A stretch of DNA of 59,892 bases from Catajapyx aquilonaris (lineage: Eukaryota). Below the pieces are notes generated by a model. The model saw nothing but the letters and a program-made list of their open reading frames with translations, made no database searches and had not been told where the DNA came from. The stretch covers positions 1 through 59,892 of the forward strand of contig JYFJ02002294.1 in NCBI GenBank assembly GCA_000934665.2, written 5' to 3'. The translations under genes were made by a program, and so were the position numbers. This document shows, piece after piece, positions 24,403-40,764 of this stretch; the stretch's first letter is position 1, and every line of letters starts with the position of its first letter.

Positions 24403-27283
24403 ATGTATCAGGAGCTGGTTCCGCTGGACTGGCACCAGCCGGTGGAGGATGAAGAGGAGGCTGGTCCGTCCAGTGGGGTGCCGCCACCGTCGTCCCCGCC
24501 GTCGTCCTGCTTCGTTCTGAGCAGCGGGGACAGCAGCCAGTCGCATCAGTCAGCCACGCTCATGTTTGTCAACGGGGAGCTGAGCTTCAGCGACTATGAT
24601 CTGCTCATGCAGTCCCAGCCTCCGCCGGAGATGGAGGAAGCGGCGGAGGAAGAGGAGGAAGGTGGCAGAACTTCGGGCGGGGAGACCCAGCAGGAACATC
24701 AGGTTGCGTTTGCGTCCGAGTTGAAGGAGACCAGCGTGTCGCAGTTTAAGAAGAAGCATGCCCCTGTGGGTGGGCCCAGGCGGAGACACAAGTTGAATCC
24801 AACGTTGCAGGGACTGATGGGGGAAGCGCACATACGGTTTGCGAGAGGAGAGTACAAGGTGGCTGAGCAGATGTGCATGGCCATTATCCAACAAGGTACG
24901 CAGCATCTATAACGAGCTTTTCAAGCATTACACTTGTTCAATTTTCTAGCCCCAATGATTCCTGAACCGTACCAGACTATGGCGATGTTGTATGAGAGCC
25001 AGGAGGATTACGAGAAGTACCTGCAGTTCTCGCTTATTGCTGCGTACTTAAATCCAAGTAATGCGGATGAGTGGGTTAGGCTGGCTGAGATCTCCCTGGA
25101 ACGAGGAGATGCCAAGCAGGCCCTCACTTGCTACTCAAAAGGTGAGCTCTCATTAGGCTAATTGCAAGACATCGATGTAACATGTCACTTTTCATGTACT
25201 TACCAGCAATCAACGCCACGCCTACAAACATCGATTTGCATCTAAGTCGATGCAGTGTCATGGAGCAGATGGGGGACAAGAAAGGGGCTCTCAGGGGGTA
25301 TCTCCGCATATTTCACTGTAAGTAACGACAAACCTGGTTATGTACTTTTCAGCATAATATTTCCAATCTAGATCTGAAGCCTGAAGACGGAGCTCTGCAT
25401 CTTCAAGTGTCCAAGATGGCAGCTAGAATGTTCCATGCGTTGGGTGAGATCCAGCGTGCCAGAGAAGTGATGGACCAGTCGATAGCGAAGTATTCGACGC
25501 AGATAACGTCAGAGGACGTGAACCTGATGCTGGAGCTGCAGCTGAACCTCGGCGAAATCAAGCAGTGCTTAACCTTTCTAGTCCAGCATTGCGGAGTCAG
25601 ATTCCTGTTTGGAGACGGGATGGAAGTCACCATGGAAGGAGATCCTTCCGAGGAAGACCTGGTCAGGGTGGCGAACAGGGCCAAGGGAGTGCAGACACAC
25701 CAAGTTCTCGCCATCGACCTCAGAGTCAAACTGATCATTACCCTAATTAGGCTCGGACTATCGCATCTGACACAGGTACATCTATTTGTTAGCGTCAATT
25801 GCATGACAGTACTTTATGAAATGTTTTCTTGGGTAGGAAATATTGGTCCCGCTGTTGGAGGAAAACCCCGAGGAAGTTGGTGACCTTTACCTGGATGTGG
25901 CCGAGGCTTTCATGGGACAGTCGCAGTTCAGTCGAGCACTGCCTCTTTTGGAACCACTCGTTAACTCCAGTAACTACAGTCTTGTAAGGCACCTTATTAA
26001 GTGATTGAATTTAATTAGACCTCTAATATCTTTTCGTTTGACTCTAGGCTGCAGTCTGGTTGCGGTATGCTGAATGCCTGACTGCCACTCTGGACCTGAA
26101 TGGTGCTGCCAATGCTTATGAGACAGTCCTCCGTCTGGCCCCTCTGCACCTGTCAGCCCGCATTTCACTCTCGTCGGTTTTGCAAAGACTTGGAAAATCT
26201 GAGCAGGCCATCCTTTGCCTAACACAAGACTCAGAACGTGAGGCGTTGGATCCAGGGCTGTTGTATGAGCGGTGCCAGCTGCTACTTGCGGAGGGCAGGA
26301 CGGACGAGTTCTTGCAGACTGCCAAGCTGCTGTTGTACACTCACTTGGTGCACGTGCGCAACCGGGATGAGCTGGATGCACTTGCACGGTGTCGCAGCCT
26401 CAACGCCAAAACTGGGTGGCTAAAAGAGTTACGTGCTCAGCGACCACAACCGTTAGAGGATCACCAGCCCACATTTAATGATAAGACCATCCCGCTCGAG
26501 TCAGAGTGGAGTTTGTTCCGTACTGTGTGCGAGCAGTTGTTGGAGTCTGAGCGGTTTAGTGAGCTGCAGCGCATCACATACTCTGCACTCGCTTCTCGCA
26601 AGTTCCAGCGTGACTCAGACAAGGCACGTGAGATTGAATTTATGTGCTTGCTGTCAAGTTTCCATAACCACGATGCTTATCACGGCTACAGTGTTGCAAG
26701 GGACTATGTTGCTCGTGATCCAGACAGACCGAGGGCATGGAATGTGTTCAACATGTTGATGATGCGTGCAAATGACATGCGCCACAATCGTTTTCTGATG
26801 CGACAGATGGGAAGGAACCCGCGGAGACTTGCGCTTCAAATACTGAATGCGCACAATTGTCTAATTGCAGGTACTTACAAATATTCCTTGAGTGAGTACA
26901 TGGCAGCTTTCAAGCAGGCGCCAAATGAGCCATTGCTGGCTCTAATGCTTGGAGTTTGCTTTATCCACATGGCATGCCAGAAGTTCTCTGCCAAAAAGCA
27001 TGCTTTGGTGTCACAGGGTGTTGCATTTATGTCAACGTATAAGCGTTTGAGGGGAGGGGGTTGCCAGGAAGTTTATTACAATCTTGGAAGAGCAATGCAG
27101 CAGCTCAGTTTGTTCTCAGCCGCAATTACGTACTACAAAGCTGCCCTGGAGTGTGACCCGGACATTGAAGAGGATCGCTTTGATATGAGAAGGGAAGCTG
27201 CGTTTAATCTAGCACTTATTTACAGGAACAGTGGAGCTCATGATCTTGCTAACATGTACCTGTACAAGTACATTGTTGTGTGA
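24403..27283 (+). CDS. GTF3C3: General transcription factor IIIC subunit 3 (TFIIIC102/Tfc4, TPR protein), ~860 aa. Exons 24403-24895, 24950-25141, 25207-25317, 25372-25775, 25837-25983, 26048-27283
   Basis: Acidic N-terminus; LQGLMGEAHIRFARG; GDLYLDVAEA; RHNRFLMR; C-terminal QEVYYNLGRAMQQL...REAAFNLALIY...LYKYIVV*. Splice phases consistent. Confidence 0.93.
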
Positions 27284-27669
27284 ACATAATGTCACATTTT
27301 ACTTTTAAATGTGGTTAGTATCAAATGGATACCAACAGATTCAGCGAAAATTTGGATGATATTCATCCAGTTGTAGCAGCAATGTCACACTTATGTGTGC
27401 TGCATATGTATGTAGTCATGTGAAAAACCAAGCAGTAGACATTAAAAACCCGAGTAGCAATAAAAATGTACTCAATGCTTCATGCAAAACTGTTGTCTCG
27501 GATTTCAAAGCTCTTCAGTTTTTGGGAGTTTTCAGATGTGACGGAGGCAAGCGGCAGAATGATATGTATCGATTTAATTCTTGCAAAAGGTACCTCGATT
27601 TTAGCAAATTCTTCTGGTATACGGTTCTCAATGTAGATATTCCATAATAGGCTACAGTAAACCGCCCAA

Positions 27670-27817
27670 CCGGGGACGCCCCCTTCTTCCTTTGCAGAGT
27701 TCATGAGTCGTCCCTGACTTCGTCTCGGGTGGAATTTCCTTAGACTAATCCACCCGGGGGAGCTCACAAAACGACCACATTTCAGACAAGGCACTGCACT
27801 TGCACATCCCCTCCTGA
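27670..27817 (+). mobile_element. Partial diverged copy of the SINE at 14067-14431
   Basis: Shares CTCGGGTGG..TTTCCT..AGACTAA.CCACCC.GGGGAG.TCAC and GCACTGCAC.TTGCACATCCCCTCCTG with the reverse complement of ~14212-14360. Confidence 0.7.
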
Positions 27818-30297
27818 TATTTAAAATGTACAAGGTAGGAATAGGAGTCTGTATGTGTTGTAACTAGATGAAATTCCAGTTGTTGTCCGGACGAAGAGCG
27901 AAAGAGCAAGAGGACCTTTCCCACTGGCTGCTGCCGAAACAATGAGGGTGGGCTAATGAAGTCAATGCAACTACTGTATGAAAGTAAAAGGCCAGCTCAA
28001 CTCTACAGCGAGTCATGCTAATGACTCCATCCGCACCTGGAGGGCCAAGACTGTATCACTGCAATGGCATGGGCTTTCAAACTTATTAGTCATCATTCCA
28101 TCAACACCGCGGTATTAGCTCTTGACCGCGGTCATCAATGCATACCATGGGCATGTATTTCAGTAGCTTATTGGTTATTGCTCAATTTCTTGAACGGTTC
28201 TCAAGACAAATAAAGTGGCCAGCGCACATTAGTCAGATCTTGATAATATGAATGGGCACAAATAAGTGGACTATTGCAATAGGCGGCGGATGATTGTGAA
28301 GATCTCCAAGTAAATGTAGAGCACATGCAAGTCAAACAGTACTCATTGGTACTTAGTTTTCAGCCTTTATCATTCAAGCAGTGTGGTATTACTTGAACAA
28401 AGCAGCACTACATCCCAATGTAGCCACAGAAGTATCAGTAGTGTCGCTTCTGGTCGTCTTCATTTGGCAGGTGAAATCAGCAGCTGCTATTGCCACAAAC
28501 AATGGGGAGGAGTCGCAGAAGTACTCTCCTAATGGACTACAGCGGAGAGGTTCTCAATGGACAATGGCTGGCACAATTGCAGTAACAAGAGTCGACAGTC
28601 TTGTGGTCCATACCAAAATGGGAAATGTTTCCATTCTCAATCGTGTGGTTATCGTTTTATCAATACAAGATCTGCTTTATTCTATGAGTCATCTTAAGAC
28701 AAGTGTGTGTACTTTCGGAACTATGATCTCTTTTTTTTCTCTCTCTTCTGTCGCAATTTGTCTAGATAGGTGTCAATTAGGAAAACAATTATACAATATG
28801 TACATTTACAAATGGTTTATACCAACCAAGCCACATGACCCAACACCACCTGCAAAGATCACAACAAAGAAAACCACCAACAATCTTTGGTCCTTCACAT
28901 GGGGGCCTGCACATACTTATGACCTTTTCGTTTTTTTTATCTGTCTTTTTGCTTCTTGCATCAACACCAGTTTTAAGTAATAAGGATACGTTGTAACTTG
29001 GAATATTAAAGGAGTTGTCCTCGGAGAAAACCATGAATAACGTGAAGCCTCCTTGAGCATTTTCATTACAGGCATGTGTAGACTCAAATTTTTAATAATT
29101 CCACTCCCAATGCAATTGGAAAACACAAAAAGGCTCTTTCTTTCCTTTCTTCCCGTGAAGTTCACTACAACTGTAGCCTTTTTTCTCTTTTATGTTGCTG
29201 TGATATTGTAGGAACATGGCTTCAGTTTCCAATTATTTCTTTGCACCATGAGAATGCATTTATTATTTGAGTAACTTCCACATAATTTACAGGAAAAAAA
29301 AGGTGGCCTTACTTTCACAGGGGAAGACTACCCACAGTTCAAAAAAAAAAAAAACATATATACAAATGTAATATTTTGCAGAAAATATGCATTTAAAAAA
29401 AATCCCTTCCTATTGGAATGTTTCATCAACTGCAGTACACTGCTATGCGACCTGGTCCTGCAACTTAAAGTCAATTAACCTAATTTGGTAACAAGTCAAT
29501 GTTTACTTATCCTTACCACGAGCATTATTGCTTCTGCTAGTCTGACTGCAACTGCCTTGCAATGCGCTGCTTTACGACTCATGTCAGTTCTATCTTCTTT
29601 TCTAGGCATTTCAGGGTGCAGACTAATTACATTTGTACAGTGCACATCTCCATGCACATTTAAAATAAAGAAGAAAAAAAAGTTTATAAAAACTAAAGAG
29701 CAGTGACATCCCCTCCATAATTAGCAATTAATATCTATTTAGTTCACAGTCATTGCAAAAAGAAAAAAAAAGCCTAACAAATAAACGCATTCTCATGGTG
29801 CCAAACTCTTCAACCACACTTGCACCCACACTAAAAAAATTAACAACAATAGAAAAAAAATACATGGCTATGTACACTGCAATTGCACACAGATTATTAT
29901 TATTATTATTTTTTTGTGGAAATTGGAAGATGCCGCCTCCTGATAAGAACCAGTTGGTTTTGTGACACATGACGAGTAGGGGAGGTGGGGATCAAAAAAA
30001 TGGCACCATATGGCTTAGTTCTGATCGATTAAAAAAAAAAAGGACTGCACTCTTACTCTCTCCCCATTCCACAAACAAAAGGAGTGTATCTCACGGTAGC
30101 AGTACCTCACGCGCTAATAAACTGGGAGGGAAGGAGTCACGACCACTCATAGGGGAAATTCACGTGGGGTTGAGGCAGTGTTGAGGTCACTATTCTCTTT
30201 CTTCCTAGCAGGCAAGTGTCGGCCATCTTGCTCTTCCTTTCCTGGCTACTCGCAGCGACGGTTCCTCCTCCCGCTCCTCCACCTGTTTTGGCCGCCC

Positions 30298-32956
<2,659 letters not shown>

Positions 32957-35900
32957 TTTCTACACCTGAAAGAAAGAAAAAAAAAACACTAATTAGTTCC
33001 ATCCATCATTGACGGAATGAGGGTAAAAAAAAAACATTGCAATTCCAGTCCCCCAGAAAACCAACAGGTTTAGTACTGCTCTGACAGCCACGTGCCCAAC
33101 GAGAAATGCTCTCACCTCATGTATTATTGCACAACACCCCCATCCTCCGCATAATCCCACACTTGCAGTCCTTATATTTAGCACTTCTGTAACCAAACGA
33201 CTTCTCACTTTTTTCCTTCTTCCTTCCCCAGCTCACCCATCACAAATTCAATATTAATATTGATCAACCTTTCTCCCCCCCCCTTACTAGTCCCCCTTCC
33301 ACTTTTTTTTTCAGGAGAAGAAAAGATCTCACGGGATCAAGTAACGGGCAACTCCTGACCCTTCTCACGCGAACTGCAAATTTTCGCCAACAGTTAACGG
33401 TTGACACTCCAGAATCCATCAAGGCCAACCAATGTCAAAACATTGACAGACCATCCAATTTCGCGTAAAAATATTTGCAGTTTACGTCATCATGTTGGCA
33501 AAATAGTGCAGATGTTTTCAGGTATATTTTTTTTAAAGGTGTGGGAAGAATGGCATGCTTGAATGGACGCCCACTTGACACGTCATCCAAATCGCGTGAC
33601 CCCCACAGGCTGGGTCATCTGCACAATTTTTTTTTAAACATGTCCTTGAAAATACTGTTTGCAAATAAGGCTGCCCCGATCTTTCCTATCAGGCAGGACT
33701 TTGAAGCAATGACTCATGGGGCCAACAGGGTCATACATATTTCAGGCGAGTGAGACGATGGCAAAGTGTCGTAGACTGAACCATGACAAAAATTTTACAG
33801 GATTGAGAGTTAAACTAGGTCGCACCTTTCACTGTGAGCTGACCTCCAACTTCCTCTCCCTTCAACGTTGCTTGGATTCAAGCTCACGTAACTCTCAAAC
33901 AAACAATCCCGCCCTTCCATCATCCAATGGGGGGGCTTTTTAAAAAAAATCAGTTGGCGGGAAAAATTAACCCAAAAAAAGGGGGGGAACGTTGGCCTCA
34001 ACCTTGCCACGTCACAATTTTCAAGACATAAAAAGAGTCTTGCTTGGCCAAGCACATCACACATCCGGATGATGAGTAATGCCAGCTCTTCCTTATATAC
34101 TCATTATGGAGCCTACTACTTATGGGAGGTACGATAGGTGACCATATCCGGAAGATTTGGCAACGGTGGACAACAGGATGTCCACTTGATTAGCATGCAG
34201 TAGTATGCAATAGTAAAGGTCTTCCCTGAAGATATGGGGCGGGGTGCGCATAAAGTGACTTGCGTAACTGGACAGGATGTTGTGTTCAAAATGCCATTGC
34301 ATGAAGGTAAAACCGTGAAATAGCTGGCAATAACGGCTGTGAATATTGGGCGGAAAGCCTCGCCACATTATTATGCATGCTCACAACTGAATTTTCCGCA
34401 GTGTGTTGGATATAGATGAAGGCCTTCCGACTTGTGCAGGTCACATCAAATCCAACCACTGGATGGCCTTCAACTATATCCAAGATGAGGACCTGAAACT
34501 GTAACAGATGATTCCAAAAAATTGTCATCAGTTTATTATTGTAGCTAACATGCAACAACTTGTGTATGACTCAAAATTTCTGTTAAAAGCGTCACCCTTC
34601 CACCTGCTCTATAGTGTCATGCTTTGGTGGCAGACAGGAATGGACTGTTTCCATATAACGAAGGGAAGCTGCATACAGAAGAGGGCCCCCTTCTCACTCA
34701 TTCAAGGCAAGGCCATCCTGCTTATGTGCATTAAGGCCACTCACTTTTTAAGCACATAATTACATATGTAACAGCAGAGGGTTATGGCATATGAGTCAAG
34801 TTACACAGCCGATTGTGAGTTGAGTCAGGTCTTATCTCTACATTTAAAAAAAAAAGCCATGACCTATCAGGGGCACTTGTGACACTGAACTGCAGGGCAA
34901 ACAACGTTCAAGTACTGCTTAAAAAGCAGTAGTCATTACATTTTTTGTTTCTATCGCAGGGTGCATGAATGGCAGGAAAATACTGCTATCTATGGCGGTT
35001 AGGTGCCAGGTGAGGGCTATTTTTGAATCACTTTTGGTCCAGGAGGATTGCCAAAAACTATGTTCTCGCTCCACTTGGAATCCGTGACTGTCCCACATAA
35101 GAGGCTGCGAGTAATTTATGTTCACCGGCTACGACATTGGCAACTTTATGGCGCCCGCATTATGAGCGAAAAGCACACATTTGGTAAAAGCAGCAGGTCT
35201 TATCGATTACACAGTATTCTTCTAATCTAATCACATTTCCGCCCTACAATTAAATATCTACACGTGGGATAGCGGCCCATATTTTTCCTGCAACTCATTG
35301 TCACTTCGTCAACAAGATTTTGCATCAGAGCCGATAAAATCCTAGTTTCCACTAAATTATTTTAAAATACCAACCAGAATGTGTGATTATGCTCTTTCCC
35401 ACCTTTGCCAGCAAACGTTCAGTAAATATTCATAAAGTACGGCTCAGTTCATTACAGCTCTACGACCTTTCCCCTAGCTCTGAAATGGTTACCTATTTCT
35501 GGTGCTCGTTATTCATCCTTCTGCACATGCGCAACGAAGCAATAATGGAAGAATTACATAACAACCAGCAATAACATTAATGACACAAACAGTTGCATTT
35601 TGCAATGCCACATTGCAGTAGCTTAGTGGCATGCACGTGAGAGCTGCACCCCACATTGTATTAAAAAACCTGATCTCAGAACTGGTTCAAAAAATCACGG
35701 AAGCAACAATACACCTTTTGAATAAGAAATTTTTACCCAACTTCCTCGACTTGATATTACTGCACGACTTCCACAGACCAATATACTTTTCCAGCCGAAT
35801 TGTCATGATCCGGTTAGCCTTTCATCACGTCTTGTGAATGTGACACCCCCGTTAATTACTAATTGCACCCGTGACACACTTTTCTCCCTGCAGGGCAGGT

Positions 35901-36124
35901 TGACATTTAAAAATGGTCGAGTGCTCTTATAAACCAATTTCCATCTTAAATTAGGGAAAAGCAACCCAATCAGTTACGATAAGCGGAATGTCTCTTTCTA
36001 CAGGGTGTCACACAAGTCTGGAACTATAGGAGCTTCCTATTACATTGTATTGTACTGCATTGTACGTGTCCATCATACCATAGTAACCATCAAGATGAAT
36101 AAAGGTATAGTACAGGAGTACAGT

Positions 36125-36683
36125 ATTCACACGGGAGTACAAAATAATGGACCTGGTCCGGTTCCAGGGTGGCCAACCGGGGGCAGTGGCAACGTTGGAA
36201 ACATTCCATTGAAAAATGTTCCATCTGAAAGTACAGGGTGGCCAACCAGGGCAGTGGCAACATTCCATTGAAAAATGTTCAACCTGCAAGTGCAGGGTGT
36301 CCCACAAGTCAGGCCCCATTGGATTGAAATTGCCATAAACTACAACAATGTAATAGGAAACTCCAATGGGTCCCAACTTGTGGCACACCCTGTACTTTCA
36401 GGTTGAACATTTTTCAATGGAATGTTGCCACTGCCCTGGTTGGCCACCCTGTACTTTCAGATGGAACATTTTTCAATGGAATGTTTCCAATGTTGCCACT
36501 GCACCGGTTGGCCACCCTGTAAACTTTCAGATTGAACATTTTCCAGTGGAATGTTTCCAATGTTGCCACTGCCCCGGTTGGCCACCCTGTACTTTCAGAT
36601 TGAACATTTTCCAGTGGAATGTTTCCTGCTCCGATTGGCCACCCTGGAACCGGACCAGGTCCACTTGTGTTCCCCGTGTGAAT
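36125..36683. repeat. Foldback palindrome built from CAGGGTGGCCAA-type subrepeats
   Basis: Outer arms ATTCACACGGG..TGGACCTGGTCCGGTTCCAGGGTGGCCAA / TTGGCCACCCTGGAACCGGACCAGGTCCA..CCCGTGTGAAT; internal ~60 bp units in opposite orientation around a short core. Confidence 0.8.
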
Positions 36684-37358
36684 GATTCCCGTTCCTGTTC
36701 CCCTTAGGCCTGGTCCGAATCCAAGGCGTTGCCTGCCCTCCTTGATGACCCCTGTAGAGAACCCCCAAGTACTGACCGTGGTATGGGCTCCAGCGTTGTG
36801 CCCTGTGCGGCGCTCCTACCGCCCACCCCTTCCGATCCTTTTTCCTCCTAGGGCTACCGGTTGGCACTACAAGAAGCAGCACCAGGGGCCAAACCGTGGG
36901 CGGCACACAACACGACACACACGCCCTAGTGGTTGGTCCGTCCGATTATATAGTATGGGGCACGATGCAGCTTTTCCTTCGGGGGGCCAACCAACCGCCG
37001 TTCCATCCACGGACATGGAACAGAAAATGGGGAGGGGAGGGGAGGGGGGCAGGGGGCAGGCAGGAGGGAGCGGGTAGGGGGGAAGGGGAGGGGCAGGAAG
37101 AAAGTGGAGCCATCTGGCGGGAAGGGGAGGGACTAGGCGGGTTCAGGCCGGCGTCCGGTAGATGGCAGGAAGATGCACACTTTCAACGCACATAATTTAG
37201 AACACAGAAGTTCTAAATGATGTGTTCTAATAGAACACTACTTAGAACATAGTTTATTTGCTTAAAATAACAAACAAAATGCCTGGGATTTGGCAATAAT
37301 TATAACAAGTTGTCGTTAGACCATTTTTGGAGCCGAAAATGACAATTTCAATCATACA

Positions 37359-40065
37359 TTAAACATCGGCATGATCGGTTCCGTTTGTGACGGTCCAGGA
37401 TGGTTTTGAGCCAGTCCGTCCAAGCTTCAGCTGCTTCTTCGTTTTCTCCTTCTTGGAATTAGCCTCTTCCTGCAGAAATCAAACCAGTCAAGATATGTCA
37501 CAACATTTCTTTTTAATCGACAACTTACCGTCATGAGTTCTTGGAGTTTCCGAAGAGCCTCGTGGTATTTCGCCTCCTGCACCTCCAGCGCTTTTCCTTT
37601 GACCGGAAGAGGCTTGATCTTTGCCATTCCGGCCTCTTTCAGCATCCTCTTCAACGGTGCCACCTCCTGTTTAGACAGGATTATAATGCTGGTACCCTCC
37701 TTCCCACCCCTGGCTGTTCGTCCTGCTCTGTGCACGTATGTCCTTAGATGGAAGGGCATGTCGTACGATATCACACAGTCCACGTCTGGGAAGTCCATCC
37801 CTCGGGCCATTGCGTCGGTTGAAACTAGGACAGACGCCTTTCCGGATACAAAATCGCGCTTGTTCCGCTCTCGCCTGGCTGAATTTGCACGTGATGAGAG
37901 CTCGCGTGTCTTGAGCCCCATAAGCGCAAGGAGTGTGGCCAAACGGTGGGCAGAGTCAGCCGAGTTGGTGAATACAAGCAGGCGACGCCATGAACGGAAG
38001 GTGGCCAGGTGGTGGAGCAGCAGCGGTTTGATGCTGGGGTTGCACACGCACATTAACTCCCGGAGTTCAGTCGGCATAGTGTAGCGGCCGATATACTCCC
38101 CAGAAGGTGCAGCACTGAAATAAATGAGTGTAAAAACAAATCTGGCTGTGATTACACCGCTATTTACCTCTGCTTCGCATCAGGCTTGTAATCCTCCAGC
38201 TTCGGCAGGCCAACCGCAGTGAACAGCTTCGGCTGGAACAAGTTCAGCTCCTGCAGCTTCTCCGGGTTCTGCGAGAGTGTGGCTGAAAACAGCAGCTTCT
38301 GCAGGCCTGTTTGCGGGCTGCTCCCTGCCGTAATAGTCCTCCCTCCTCCTGCGGCCATCCCCGCCCTTTTCTCCAACAGCGCCATCCAATCGGACACTCC
38401 GTCCATCACCCTGTCCGCCTCGTCCATAACCAAAAACCGCAAGGCTCGCAAATCCAGACCCTCAGTGCGATTCAGGTGATCCACCAACCGTCCTGGAGTC
38501 GCCACAAGGATGTCCACTTTGCTCTCGAGGTGGTCGCCGGGTGTCTGCCTCAAGAGGTTGTTTTGCTCTGTTTTGAATGGCTGTGCAGGCGATAGCAGAG
38601 CAGGTACCAAGGAGGAATTGGAGCAGAATGTGCGGAATACTTGGTACACTTGGGCGGCCAGCTCCTGTACTGGCAGCACCACCAGGGCTCGGATTCGGGG
38701 GACGACACGTGTGTGGAGAGCATTCACTATTGGGAGCACGTACGCAAGGGTTTTCCCACTGCCAGTTGGAGCTGACACGCATACGTCATGCGGACGGAAG
38801 AATGGTGCTGACATTGAGTCTAGAAGCCATGGGATCACCTGCCGTTGCACTGAAAACGAACCGCTATTGAGCACAGAATTCAACAAGAAACAGAAGTGAA
38901 TTTTTGCACAGCGCAACACAATACCTGGAAAGAAGTAAGCGATACCGTTCTCATTCAACTTCTTCGCCAATCCTTCGCTCAAGCCCTTCATGTCTACAAC
39001 AGGCAGCTGATCACCTTTTAAATCGACGGACACGATTGACGGATTGGCCAACCAATCGGGGAGGACTCGTTTCACCTGAAAATACAAATTAATTAACACC
39101 ATGCAAATTCTGTAGCGTAAGTAATCACCAACCTTTTCTTTCGCTTGTTGATTAACTTGTCCAATGATTGTAAATCCGCCAACTTCACGATACATTTTCT
39201 GCGCATTTGGACCTTTCTTACCATTCGCTTTGTCGGGTTCGCCAGTAAGTTTCGCTTGCTTCATATTCTTCTTCCCTTTTACCTCATTATTATTTTCATT
39301 ATCATCAGTTGTATGTTCCGTACTGTCTATTTTCTTATCTTTCTCTGCATGTTTTTTAACCTGCTTAGTACATTCTTCGGCCGTTTCATCCAGATCCTTT
39401 TTCCTTCCCTTAGTCTTCTTCTTTTCCTGCTCATCCTGCTCTAGGGTTGATGTTTTCGGTTCCTCATGTCGCTGATGCTTCTTCTTCTTTTTTGGCTTCT
39501 CTTCTTCAGGTTCGGGAATTGAACGTCTTCGCTTTCGTTTCTTCCGTCTTGTCGCATCCTCCATGTCTCCATTTTCAATGATCTCTTCCTTCACCTGGAC
39601 AATTGGGCTGTCAGATGCGCTTTCTTCATGCCGCTTAGCTTTCTTCTTCTTCTTCGGCCTTTCTTCTGTCTGCAACTCATTTTCGTCACATATCTCTTCT
39701 TTCACCTGCGGAATTTCCTTTTTCTTCTTCTTCCTATGCGTTTCCTCCGCCAGCGCTTCTTTGCTATCCAACGACTTGCTTTTTTTCTTCGGCTTCACTT
39801 CCCCGTCACTCGTGGGCTTTTCCTTCCTTTCCTTCCTCCGTTGTGCCGACAGCAGTAGTTCAGCCAGCCGCTTCTTCTCCACTTCCTTCCTGTTCTCCGA
39901 AGCCACCTCATCTTCACCCCAATACCTATTAGGGCAGCAAGTTTACAGTAAATTACCTAATGTTAATTAATCTGCCATTAGCCACATGTGTGTGTGTTAT
40001 ATGACCTTTTGACCCGCCAGCGGCCCAAGAACATACCTCTGAACCGATCCTTCCATTGTGGGCAT
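37359..40065 (-). CDS. DDX51: ATP-dependent DEAD-box RNA helicase DDX51/Dbp6-like, ~783 aa. Exons 40065-40037, 39925-39133, 39075-38925, 38849-38168, 38114-37529, 37469-37359
   Basis: VKRVLPDWLANP; FFPVQRQVIPWLL; DVCVSAPTGSGKTLAY; TPGRLVDH; DEAD; LFSATL; YVHRAGRTARGG. Splice phases consistent. Confidence 0.93.
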
Positions 40066-40764
40066 TCGAACGTGAACGTGAACGTGAACGTAAACGTAAA
40101 CGTCAAGAAGCACGCTGCTTCTCAGGCCTCACTTGTTTTCCTATGGGCGCCGCCATGACACCATGACGTCACACTTTGTACTGTTTACATGTGACCAGCA
40201 CCCGTGAGTGATCCAATCGGTGCTCGAAATCGTGAAAGACGCATGCGCACTATGATAATAGATTGGATGGTATAACCTGGAATTGGTCCAATCGGAACTC
40301 GTCGTTGCCAGACGCATGCGCACTATGGAGGGATGCTGGATGGTGTAAACGCATTCTGATTGGTCCAAATTGGTCGACTGTATGCACGAGCGGAAAGTTC
40401 AAATTGTTGAAAACCCTCCTGGGAAAGTGTATAATCAAATTCAATTTCAGATTAATATATTTATATTAAAAATGCAGCATAAATAATACAAATATTTATT
40501 CAAAAATGCAGTATAAAATACAAATATTTATTTACAAATTCAAAAATTGGGGACATTGGTAGAGCCACTTCCCGAGGGCTCGTCGGTAAAAATGTGATCC
40601 CACAGGAATGCATCCGACCTCATTATTGAAGGCCTACTCTAAATATATTTTACAGAAACTTAATATTACTGGATAACTCCTATTCTAAATGTCGACCTCT
40701 CCGGTTGACAACCCTGAGCAGTGCTGAAGTATTGAAGGTTCCTCAAAAGATCTGCATAAATATC

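Noticed and set aside
28381..28980. 199-aa ORF between GTF3C3 and ARF6
   Set aside because: GTG start, no recognisable motif, and lies antisense to the probable long ARF6 3' UTR.
34060..34493. Exon-like minus-strand segment upstream of ARF6
   Set aside because: It has a plausible acceptor but stops in all frames. It may be a 5' UTR exon, which cannot be supported without transcripts.
36180..36650. CRISPR-like repeat array
   Set aside because: Units are contiguous with no unique spacers, are arranged as an inverted repeat, and lie in a eukaryotic context with no cas genes.
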